Assembly: GCA_964499555.1 (NCBI GenBank)
Contig: CAZCLL010000005.1
Location: 1,781-34,194, forward strand
Direction: 5' to 3'
Source: an uncultured Fastidiosipila sp.
Lineage (GTDB): Bacteria > Bacillota > Clostridia > Saccharofermentanales > Fastidiosipilaceae
Length of the DNA stretch: 32,414 bases
Of the stretch, positions 1 to 7,189 are shown in pieces. Below the pieces are notes generated by a model. It was not told the origin of the DNA. It saw only the letters and a program-made list of their open reading frames with translations, and made no database searches. Every line of letters begins with the position of its first letter. Position 1 is the first letter of the stretch. Both the position numbers and the translations under genes were made by a program.

Positions 1-717
1 TTCGGCCTTCGCAGTAGAACCAGCCATATCCTGACGGCCTTGCTTGCCTTCCAAAACCGCGTTCGAAATGGTACCAGCAAGAAGCTTAACCGCACGAATC
101 GCATCATCGTTACCCGGGATCACATAATCAACCAGGTCAGGATCACAGTTCGTGTCCACGATTGCAACGATCGGGATCCCCAGGCTTCTCGCCTCTGCAA
201 CTGCGATATGTTCCTTATGAGGATCTACCACGAACAGTGCATCAGGCAATCTGCCCATGTTCTTAATGCCACCTAAGTTCTTGTCCAGTTTCTCCTGCTC
301 CAAACGAAGCTTCGCAACTTCCTTCTTCGGCAGAAGATCGAAGTGGCCATTCCCTTCCATATCTTCCAGTTCTTTCAGTCTAGCGACTCTCTTCTTGATG
401 GTCATGAAATTTGTCAAGGTACCACCCAGCCAACGATTGCTGATGTAGTATTCCCCACAACGCTCTGCCTCTTCAACGATAGAGTCTTGCGCTTGTTTCT
501 TCGTGCCTACGAAAAGGATTTTTCCGTTGTTCATGACGACATCACGAACAAAGTCATACGCCTTTTCAACCAAACGAATGGTCTTCTGTAAGTCAACGAT
601 ATAAATGCCGTTGCGTTCGGTGTAGATGTATTCCTTCATCTTAGGATTCCATCTGCGTGTCTGATGTCCGAAATGGACACCTGCTTCCAATAGCTGCTTC
701 ATTGATACTACGGCCAT
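1..717 (-). CDS. rpsB: 30S ribosomal protein S2 (5' part; 3' end lies beyond the left window edge)
   Basis: Absent from the ORF track because no stop codon falls in the window. The reverse complement from ATG (715-717) reads [46 protein letters not shown]..., the canonical S2 N-terminus. GGAGG (complement of 723-727) lies 5 nt upstream. Confidence 0.93.
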   Translation of the reverse strand, partial: MAVVSMKQLLEAGVHFGHQTRRWNPKMKEYIYTERNGIYIVDLQKTIRLVEKAYDFVRDVVMNNGKILFVGTKKQAQDSIVEEAERCGEYYISNRWLGGTLTNFMTIKKRVARLKELEDMEGNGHFDLLPKKEVAKLRLEQEKLDKNLGGIKNMGRLPDALFVVDPHKEHIAVAEARSLGIPIVAIVDTNCDPDLVDYVIPGNDDAIRAVKLLAGTISNAVLEGKQGRQDMAGSTAKAE

Positions 718-846
718 AATTACCTCCTGTTTGTTACCTCCACAAGATCGGATTGAAACGGCTTTATGTCCCTTCTTCATCAGCACAACTGACAAAGTGC
801 AACACCGCAACAGGAAAGATCTTGTGTGTGAATTTTAGCCTGTGGC

Positions 847-875
847 ATTATATCCCAGCCCGGGCAGAGAAACAA
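847..875 (-). promoter_or_regulatory. Candidate sigma70-type promoter of rpsB (TTGTTT - 17 nt - TATAAT)
   Basis: On the minus strand, -35 TTGTTT is the complement of 870-875, followed by a 17-nt spacer and -10 TATAAT (complement of 847-852). This implies a leader of about 120 nt. Confidence 0.4.
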
Positions 876-928
876 GAACAAATTTCTCGTTCCCACTTTT
901 CTCCCGACCAAAGCCCCCTCTAGCCCCT

Positions 929-2833
929 TTATACCTTCGCTTTTTTCTCTTCTGCCAAGCTCTGGAAGGCATCCGCAAGGTTTGCCTCTGCTTTTTGCAC
1001 CCTCGTTTCATCGGACAAGGGCTGCCCGTTCTCCCCCACGAGTTTCACGCGACCGCGACTCTGCGAAGTCTTCCAGTCAATCGCATGAGGGTACTTCTCC
1101 TTATCTCGCCAAAGGTACGGTACCGGCAAGAAACCAGCAGCAAAAGCCACGAAGAAGCCATCCGCAGAATAGAGATCCGGAATCCGCTTCTCCATTGCCG
1201 AAATGATGTAGCGAGCAGAGCGAAGCATATCCTCATACGTTGCTTCAACCTCAGGATGATTTCTGGCATCCATCGTGTCACCAGCGGCGCGCTTCTTGCG
1301 CCAGCTCCGGATGGCCTCTACCGTAATCTGGATACTCTCATTAATGATCTCAGGATTCGCCAAATGTGCCGCCTCTGAAAAACTCACGACATGAATCATT
1401 TCCGGGCTGGTCGGATCATCAGGCTCCACATCATCCATCAAGCAACTGACTGCGGCAAGCTGGGCTCTGGCTTCTGCGAGATCTGGCTTGAAATAATCCA
1501 GACCAGCTCTAGGTTGCCAGACCACTTGGAAGGTCTCGTCTTCCAGTTCTCTTACGAGCTTCAAGAGCACACGAGACTTGGCTAGATCCACCGTCGCCCA
1601 AGTCGAACGAGGGGTATTCAGCATGTTTTGGAGGACAAAAAGTTTGACTCCGGATGCTTTGGCCAGCTTCGCACAAAGGTAAGCCACCACAAGATAGGTA
1701 ATATCATCGGTTCCGCGGAAGGCGAAGTGATGAGAAACATTCGCCTCAAACGGCGTGCCTTTCGTGCCAATATAGCGAATTGCTTCTGTCTGCTCCACCA
1801 AATTTTCGTATAAACTGAGCGGGCCGCGCTCATCCAAGCGGTTAAACCACCACAAGGACATCGCATGCCAAGCAATGTGGATCGTCTCTTCATACATTTT
1901 CGCCAGCTGGGGTATATTCTTGCATCCCGCATAGGTCCGGACCAGCATGGGCCTGGCCGCTGCCCAGACCTCTTCAAACTCCGATGGAGTGGCCAAAGGC
2001 ACCCCGCCCCCATTCACTTCATCACCCCAGGCCTCACCGAACTTCGACTGTGTCAACTGTGAAGACCCAACCGATAAGACATCAAGGTAGCCCTTATCAC
2101 CTAAATCCTTGGCCCAATCCAAAAAGGTATCTACGTTCTCGCGGCGGCTCAAGTGGGCATTGTACGGGCCGACATGCGCTCTGACGATCGGGTAGTAGCT
2201 CCCTGCGGCTTTGGCCTGACGCAAACGCTTCGGTAAACTATCCTCCGCACTGCCGAAGCCGGGATAACGCCTCGCCGGTGGCTTGACGCGCCAATAGTCT
2301 TGTTTCTGCACCAGCTCACGGCCAAAGGCCATAAGGCTCTCATCGTACTTGCCGGCTTCCTTTAAGTCCTGCGGAATTTCCTCCTCAGGCACGCCCAGCA
2401 TGCGAAGGGTTTCCTCAGAAGATTCGCCACCAGAGAAGCAACGGATCTTGTCACCGAACTCCGCCTGAACAATCTCAACTGCGTCCGGCAAACCAGCATA
2501 GTAAACTTGGCGGATCCTGCCACCTTGTCCGGCAAAAAGCCTTCTCTCTTGCGCTTCATAAAGAAGTCTTCCGAGCATTTCCACGGCATCTCGACCGTCC
2601 AAGCGATAGCTCAAAGCGAAATGCTCCGCTCCGCTCTCTTCCAGCCACGTACAGACGCGCTCGATCTGACTGGTCTCACGGTAACGCACGATGGCTTCTT
2701 GAATTTCATGACGAGCAATATCTACTTCGTAACCACATTCCGTAAGAAGTTCTGAAGCAGAAATCAAGCCCAAGGTATGGGCATCAATAGCGGGTTTTAA
2801 GAAAGCATATTTCCATTTCTCAGGTCTTGTCAT
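929..2833 (-). CDS. Cobalamin (B12)-binding-domain protein fused to a large unrecognised C-terminal region (634 aa)
   Basis: 634-codon ORF with ATG at 2831-2833 preceded by AAAGGA. Residues 17-22 (D-A-H-T-L-G) match the DxHxxG cobalamin-ligand motif in the usual context (KYAFLKPAIDAHTLGLISASELLTECGYEV). I cannot place the remaining ~500 residues by eye. The start overlaps the upstream gene by 14 nt. Confidence 0.6.
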   Translation of the reverse strand: MTRPEKWKYAFLKPAIDAHTLGLISASELLTECGYEVDIARHEIQEAIVRYRETSQIERVCTWLEESGAEHFALSYRLDGRDAVEMLGRLLYEAQERRLFAGQGGRIRQVYYAGLPDAVEIVQAEFGDKIRCFSGGESSEETLRMLGVPEEEIPQDLKEAGKYDESLMAFGRELVQKQDYWRVKPPARRYPGFGSAEDSLPKRLRQAKAAGSYYPIVRAHVGPYNAHLSRRENVDTFLDWAKDLGDKGYLDVLSVGSSQLTQSKFGEAWGDEVNGGGVPLATPSEFEEVWAAARPMLVRTYAGCKNIPQLAKMYEETIHIAWHAMSLWWFNRLDERGPLSLYENLVEQTEAIRYIGTKGTPFEANVSHHFAFRGTDDITYLVVAYLCAKLAKASGVKLFVLQNMLNTPRSTWATVDLAKSRVLLKLVRELEDETFQVVWQPRAGLDYFKPDLAEARAQLAAVSCLMDDVEPDDPTSPEMIHVVSFSEAAHLANPEIINESIQITVEAIRSWRKKRAAGDTMDARNHPEVEATYEDMLRSARYIISAMEKRIPDLYSADGFFVAFAAGFLPVPYLWRDKEKYPHAIDWKTSQSRGRVKLVGENGQPLSDETRVQKAEANLADAFQSLAEEKKAKV

Positions 2834-3932
2834 CTAAGGATCCTTTCCTCTCGTTGTAGCGCTCGCGGAAAAGTACGCGAAGGCTACTGTCCGGGTCGGT
2901 CATCACATGGAGGAAGCCCGGTGTACGGCCCTCCCCGCGGAAATCATGGTCGAGAAGTGTGGTCGCCAGATCAATGACCAGCGTGACCAGTGGAGTCTCT
3001 ACCTCAAGCACTTTCGCAGCTGCTTCTAACGGCACCAGCCCATAGGGGATATCTTCACTGATGTACCGGTACTCCATACTGGTAGGCGCAATAATCTCTT
3101 CATAGGCTGGATTATTCTGCACACATTCATAAAGGCTATCGCCTTCAATTTTATAGGTTCGCTTGAGCCACTCTTCACAGGACTCTAGGTGATAGCCCAG
3201 ACGAAAAGCGACGTTCGTCCTCTCAAAATCAATTTTTTCTAACATCCTAGCAATGGATGGGGTAATTCCTTCCTTATAGTACAGATACTTGGCAGAACAT
3301 TCCGTGCGACCGACATTCAGGAGCATCGGTAAGCAGTGGAGGATCATGCCGACATTTCCCAGGGAGGTTTCAACCATGGAAATCGCCGGGATGAGAAGCG
3401 GTTGCAAAACCTCCGGCAGGCGAGCAATAAAACTACTGTTCTGCTTCGCATCAAAAGTCGAAAATAAGACATCATTTTTCAACGCCAAGACATTGACCTT
3501 ATCGTTAGTTGCCTTGCGACAGGTATAAATGATCGTCTGCGTCTCCGCAATATTGACATCCAACTCCGGCCTCAGCTGTTTCAGAATGTTATAGTACTCG
3601 ATCGCCCCGAAGGTCCGTCCCGGATTTAAGATAACATCTGCACCAGGTTCAAGATAGGGAGCCATCTCATTCGCCAGATACGCATGAGCCGAAGCCGGCG
3701 TGGTAATGAATATGGAATGGCAGCCCTGTAAAGCCTCCGCAATATCAGAGGTAACCATCGCCAGATGAGCCTCCCCGTGAATAACACCTTCTGCATAGAT
3801 GGTTCTGGTCTCGAGCATGGAACCCATCGTTTCCCTTGTTCTGTTCCAGAGCCTGACTTCGTGACCGGCCATGGCCAAATGCGCCGCCATAGCCAAACCG
3901 GAGTTACCTGAACCAATAATTGTGATCAGCAT
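2820..3932 (-). CDS. NAD(P)-dependent octopine/nopaline (opine) dehydrogenase-family oxidoreductase
   Basis: N-terminal Rossmann motif MLITIIGSGNSGLAMAAHLAMAGHEV. The C-terminal segment YRYISEDIPYGLVPLEAAAKVLEVETPLVTLVIDLA is typical of the Octopine_DH domain. I prefer the start at ATG 3930-3932 (AGGAG 7 nt upstream) over the TTG at 4037 used in the ORF track. Confidence 0.8.
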   Translation of the reverse strand: MLITIIGSGNSGLAMAAHLAMAGHEVRLWNRTRETMGSMLETRTIYAEGVIHGEAHLAMVTSDIAEALQGCHSIFITTPASAHAYLANEMAPYLEPGADVILNPGRTFGAIEYYNILKQLRPELDVNIAETQTIIYTCRKATNDKVNVLALKNDVLFSTFDAKQNSSFIARLPEVLQPLLIPAISMVETSLGNVGMILHCLPMLLNVGRTECSAKYLYYKEGITPSIARMLEKIDFERTNVAFRLGYHLESCEEWLKRTYKIEGDSLYECVQNNPAYEEIIAPTSMEYRYISEDIPYGLVPLEAAAKVLEVETPLVTLVIDLATTLLDHDFRGEGRTPGFLHVMTDPDSSLRVLFRERYNERKGSLDDKT

Positions 3933-4090
3933 ATCGAGACTCCTCATTACGGCATCTCTGACAAACCCTCGTAAAGATCTGTCACATTCGGTCGAAAAAA
4001 GGTTACTCAGCTTACCGGAAAATATCTGACTACCCAATCCGCTCTAAGCAGATGGCAAAGCAACCCCAAAAAAGATTATCATCACCGCTA

Positions 4091-4119
4091 ATTATACAAT
4101 GATCTTCGACCGTTTTCAC
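4091..4119 (-). promoter_or_regulatory. Candidate promoter for the opine-DH/B12 unit (GTGAAA - 17 nt - TATAAT)
   Basis: The complement of 4091-4096 is TATAAT, and the complement of 4114-4119 is GTGAAA, a weak -35. This would leave a 5' UTR of about 150 nt. Confidence 0.3.
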
Positions 4120-4161
4120 GGTTTTTTTGCTGAATTCATCACTTGTTCATCATATTGGGTT

Positions 4162-4191
4162 TAGCCCGCAGGCTGACAAAGCCTCGGGCTA
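4162..4191 (-). terminator. Strong GC-rich hairpin downstream of the GNAT gene (no U-tract)
   Basis: TAGCCCGCAGGCT (4162-4174), loop GACAA, then AGCCTCGGGCTA (4180-4191): a 12-bp stem with one bulged C, 26 nt past the GNAT stop. No T/U run follows on either strand, so intrinsic termination is uncertain. Confidence 0.35.
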
Positions 4192-4216
4192 GCCTCTGGT
4201 AAGTCTCCGCTGCACC

Positions 4217-4696
4217 TCAAAATTCCAGGCGGTACTGGGTCCACCCTTCCATGGGTTTCGCTCCTAAGCTCTCATAGAAGCGGATCGACGGTTCATTCCA
4301 ATCCAGCACCTGCCATTCCAAACGACCAAAACCCTCTGTCTTACAGCGCTCAATGAAGTAAGCAAACACGGCCCGACCGATCCCTTGATGACGAAATGCC
4401 GGTTTGATATACACATCTTCAATATAAATCCCCGATCGCCCCAAGAACGTAGAGAAACTATAGAAGTAGATCACGTAGCCAACCGCTTCCCCTCCATCCC
4501 TTTCAATCAGGTAAGAACCCGCCAAGCCTTTCTCGAATAGCCAGCTGCGCAAAGTTTCAGGATCGGCCAACACCTGATCTTCCATCTCTTCATATACCGC
4601 AAGTTCCCGGATCAGGCTTAATAGGGTTTCCTCATCGCCTGCCCTTGCCTGCCGCATGCTGAAAGCACCAGTCAGCGTAATTTTCGTCTCCTCCAA
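4217..4696 (-). CDS. GNAT-family N-acetyltransferase (diamine/spermidine acetyltransferase-like)
   Basis: Acetyl-CoA binding motif RHQGIGRAVF and the C-terminal WNEPSIRFYESLGAKP are typical of GNAT/SSAT-like enzymes. The TTG start at 4696 has AAGGAGG 9 nt upstream. Confidence 0.85.
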   Translation of the reverse strand: MEETKITLTGAFSMRQARAGDEETLLSLIRELAVYEEMEDQVLADPETLRSWLFEKGLAGSYLIERDGGEAVGYVIYFYSFSTFLGRSGIYIEDVYIKPAFRHQGIGRAVFAYFIERCKTEGFGRLEWQVLDWNEPSIRFYESLGAKPMEGWTQYRLEF

Positions 4697-4751
4697 CCCT
4701 TCTCTCCTCCTTCATTCGATCCAGCACTTCCGCACGCTTGCCTTCACTATT

Positions 4752-5012
4752 TTAGCTCTCCATGAACCAGCGGTTCTCTTCCAGGTAAAGTTCCAACACT
4801 TGCTCCTGAATACGACAGAGATAGCGTGTGCCGAAGCCGCCCAATTTACGACTGGCACCAGGCCTCACATCAAGGATACGATCAATCGTGTAATGTTCAT
4901 CACCAATTTTAACCGCTAGCGGTTTGATCTGCCCGTCAGAACTATAGTAAGCCCAAACAGGGATATACACCTTGCCATTATGTTCGTGGTTTTGTGGAAT
5001 TAATTCAAGCAT
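4752..5012 (-). CDS. Small hypothetical protein (86 aa) translationally coupled to dinB
   Basis: ATG 5010-5012 is preceded by AGGAGAG and overlaps the last 13 nt of dinB. Codon choices resemble neighbouring genes. I recognise no family by eye. Confidence 0.6.
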   Translation of the reverse strand: MLELIPQNHEHNGKVYIPVWAYYSSDGQIKPLAVKIGDEHYTIDRILDVRPGASRKLGGFGTRYLCRIQEQVLELYLEENRWFMES

Positions 5013-6262
5013 ATTTTCTCTCCTGCCTTAAGAAATGAGATCGGTGCGATCACGTGAGAACCCTTGGCATCCATACGGCCCAGTTCATCTTGAAGTAGAT
5101 AGGCGCGACGGACAGATGTGTAACCGAAGCGCTGGCGGAGCCGGTCAATCGTTCGGTCGATTCGGGCATACTGTTCGACCCGTTGACTCTCCGGCAGAAA
5201 ATTCATCTGTTGAGGATCCTTAGCAGAAAGCTTCTCCGCCCGGAGGCCCATGCTGCGAAGCGGCTGTTTCGCATGGTAATTCTTGTGATAGAGCTCCAGT
5301 GCCGCATTCACAATCTCCAACGTGAGATCCGTCGGACGATTCAAAGTCATCTGCCAACCGGCTCCGTAGAGTTCTGTATCCCGGACACTAATCGAAACGC
5401 AGGCTGCCTCAAGCCCTTGTTCTCGAAGCCTCGCCGCAACAGACTCTCCCAGCGCATAGAAGATCAGTTTGACATCCCCATCGCCCCTTATGTCCCGAGG
5501 CGTCGTCACGCTGTTACCGATAGACTTAACAAGCCCCGGCTCATCCGGTTCTGAGACCTCACTTCGGTCTTCTCCGTTGGCGAAATGCCAGAGCATGAGC
5601 CCAATCTTCCCCAAGCGCTCCTGAAGCCACTCTGGCGAACTTCTCGCCAGATCTCCAATCGTCTCAATGCCCGCATGATGAAACTTCCGATTCGTAGCCG
5701 GACCAACATACAGAAGCTCCGCAACCGGAAGCGGCCAAACACGCCTTCTGAAATTCTCCGGTGTAATAAGAACCGTCCCATCCGGCTTATTCATGTCACT
5801 GCCAAGTTTCGCAAAAACCTTGTTCCAGGAAACACCAATCGAGACAGTAATCCCCAGCTCTTCCGCCAGACGAACGTGAAGTTCTTCGGCCAAAGCGCTC
5901 GCCTTATGAAAGTCCATCTTCTTACCACTCACATCCAACCAGCACTCATCCAGCCCAAACGACTCAACCCGGGACGCGTAGTCTTGATAAATCTCCTTTG
6001 CCTTCCGGGAATAGCGCATGTAGAGCGGGTAATCCGGTGACACAATGTGTAGCGAAGGACACTTCTGTTTCGCCTGCCAAAGCGCCTCACCGGTCTTCAC
6101 ACCAAAGCGCTTCGCATACTCATTCTTAGCCAGAATAATCCCATGTCTCTTCGCCTCATCACCGCCAACGGCCAAGGGGAAATGCCGCTCCTCCGGTCTG
6201 TACATGCACTCCACAGCGGCATAGAAACTATTCATATCCACATGAAAAATCACTCTGCCCAC
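5000..6262 (-). CDS. dinB: DNA polymerase IV (Y-family translesion polymerase)
   Basis: N-terminus GRVIFHVDMNSFYAAVE, with downstream SIDEcwLDV-like (GLDECWLDVSG) and GVSWNKVFAKLGSDMNKPDG motifs. GTG start at 6260-6262 with AAGGAGG 8 nt upstream. Confidence 0.93.
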   Translation of the reverse strand: MGRVIFHVDMNSFYAAVECMYRPEERHFPLAVGGDEAKRHGIILAKNEYAKRFGVKTGEALWQAKQKCPSLHIVSPDYPLYMRYSRKAKEIYQDYASRVESFGLDECWLDVSGKKMDFHKASALAEELHVRLAEELGITVSIGVSWNKVFAKLGSDMNKPDGTVLITPENFRRRVWPLPVAELLYVGPATNRKFHHAGIETIGDLARSSPEWLQERLGKIGLMLWHFANGEDRSEVSEPDEPGLVKSIGNSVTTPRDIRGDGDVKLIFYALGESVAARLREQGLEAACVSISVRDTELYGAGWQMTLNRPTDLTLEIVNAALELYHKNYHAKQPLRSMGLRAEKLSAKDPQQMNFLPESQRVEQYARIDRTIDRLRQRFGYTSVRRAYLLQDELGRMDAKGSHVIAPISFLKAGEKICLN

Positions 6263-6285
6263 GGTGCTTGCCTCCTTACTAAAAA

Positions 6286-6299
6286 CGAACGTTTGTTCT
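6286..6299 (-). promoter_or_regulatory. LexA/SOS box of the GAAC-N4-GTTC (Cheo-box) type
   Basis: The minus strand reads AGAACAAACGTTCG. It lies between the predicted -10 and the dinB SD, so a bound repressor would cover the transcription start. Confidence 0.6.
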
Positions 6300-6304
6300 T
6301 TTTC

Positions 6305-6333
6305 ATAGTAAAGCGAAGCACCCGAAGAGTCAA
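6305..6333 (-). promoter_or_regulatory. Sigma70-type promoter of dinB (TTGACT - 17 nt - TACTAT)
   Basis: The complement of 6328-6333 is TTGACT. A 17-nt spacer follows, and the complement of 6305-6310 is TACTAT. Confidence 0.5.
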
Positions 6334-6375
6334 TAGCGGAAAAAATAAATCGTTTAAAAGAGTAATAAAAGGGAC

Positions 6376-6885
6376 TTATTCAAATGAGTTGGAGCGATCT
6401 CGAGACTTTAAGGTGCGTTCAATCGCACGATCAGCATCCTTTTTGGCCTTCGCCTCACGTTTATCGTAGAGCTTTTTACCCCGACAAAGACCCAGCTCCA
6501 TCTTGACGCGACTAGACTTGAAATAAATCTTCAGAGGAACTAAAGTAAGCCCCTCTTGCTGAACACGCCCAGCAAGACGCTCAATCTCGCGCCGATGCAT
6601 CAAGAGTTTACGCTTACGCAAAGGATCCTTATTAAAACGGTTCCCCTCTTCATAAGGAGAGATATGCCATCCCGAGACAAAAAGCTCCATGTCTTGCACA
6701 TGGACATAGCTATCGCTAAGCGTCGTATTCCCACGCCGTAAAGACTTCACCTCCGTACCAGACAACTCAATGCCGGCCTCAAAAGTATCCAGCACAAAAT
6801 AGTCGTGCCTCGCCTTGCGATTCTCGCTAATTACTTTGATCCCTTCTTGCTTGGCCAAAACCTTATCCTCCATTAGATTCAACAT
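6376..6885 (-). CDS. smpB: SsrA-binding protein
   Basis: ENRKARHDYFVLDTFEAGIELSGTEVKSLR and the basic C-terminal tail are diagnostic of SmpB. The start may be the second ATG at 6871-6873 (MEDKVLAKQ...). Confidence 0.93.
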   Translation of the reverse strand: MLNLMEDKVLAKQEGIKVISENRKARHDYFVLDTFEAGIELSGTEVKSLRRGNTTLSDSYVHVQDMELFVSGWHISPYEEGNRFNKDPLRKRKLLMHRREIERLAGRVQQEGLTLVPLKIYFKSSRVKMELGLCRGKKLYDKREAKAKKDADRAIERTLKSRDRSNSFE

Positions 6886-7094
6886 TATACAAGAATCCCG
6901 CCGGAAGTGCGTACGAGTTTCGCTTGGCGAAACGCTACCCTACGACGAATGGCTATACCCGCCACCCTCACCGCCAGACAAGATTTTCGCTGCTAAGGAG
7001 GTAGATACTCTTGAAATGTCTTTCGTTCAACTTGATATCCCTCCTAGCCCAGCAATTCATAGCGGCCAATTATGTATAAGAGTGATTTTGAGTC

Positions 7095-7127
7095 ACCACC
7101 ATATTTTATGTAATAAAATATGGTGGT
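7095..7127. other. Perfect 15-bp inverted repeat with a 3-nt loop (ACCACCATATTTTAT gta ATAAAATATGGTGGT)
   Basis: Read directly from the sequence. It lies 63 nt downstream of the final stop of the minus-strand repeat ORF and about 210 nt upstream of smpB. No flanking U-tract. Confidence 0.6.
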
Positions 7128-7189
7128 CAGGATCTGCAGTAATCCAAATTCAACATGTTTCCTTTCGCAAATAATTGCTCCTAGAGGGG

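Noticed and set aside
842-1378. Long plus-strand ORFs antisense to minus-strand genes (for example 842-1378, 8366-8803, 12708-13208, 18046-18594, 20524-21021, 23747-24208).
   Set aside because: They lie entirely inside well-supported minus-strand genes and have Arg/Ser/Pro-rich shadow-frame composition. They have no SD and match no recognisable family.
3933-4037. N-terminal extensions in the ORF track (TTG at 4037 for the opine DH, 20421 for pgi, 25443 for ilvD).
   Set aside because: Internal ATGs with proper SDs (3932, 20397) or without overlap of the upstream gene (25386) align better with the conserved N-termini of these families.
3933-4090. Cobalamin riboswitch in the ~150-nt leader of the B12-domain operon.
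   Set aside because: No B12-box-like core (GCCACTG context) is visible and the region is too short. A covariance-model scan would settle it.
4108-4128. Plus-strand intrinsic terminator (ACCGT tttc ACGGT followed by T7).
   Set aside because: The stem is only 5-6 bp, there is no plus-strand gene upstream, and it overlaps the candidate minus-strand -35. It is likely fortuitous or at most an insulator against antisense transcription.
6886-7189. tmRNA (ssrA) gene adjacent to smpB.
   Set aside because: There is no GGGG...tRNA-like 5' end, no T-arm (GGTTCGAATCC-like) with CCA end, and no Ala-rich tag frame on either strand. The TGGTGG at 7121-7126 belongs to the AT-rich palindrome.
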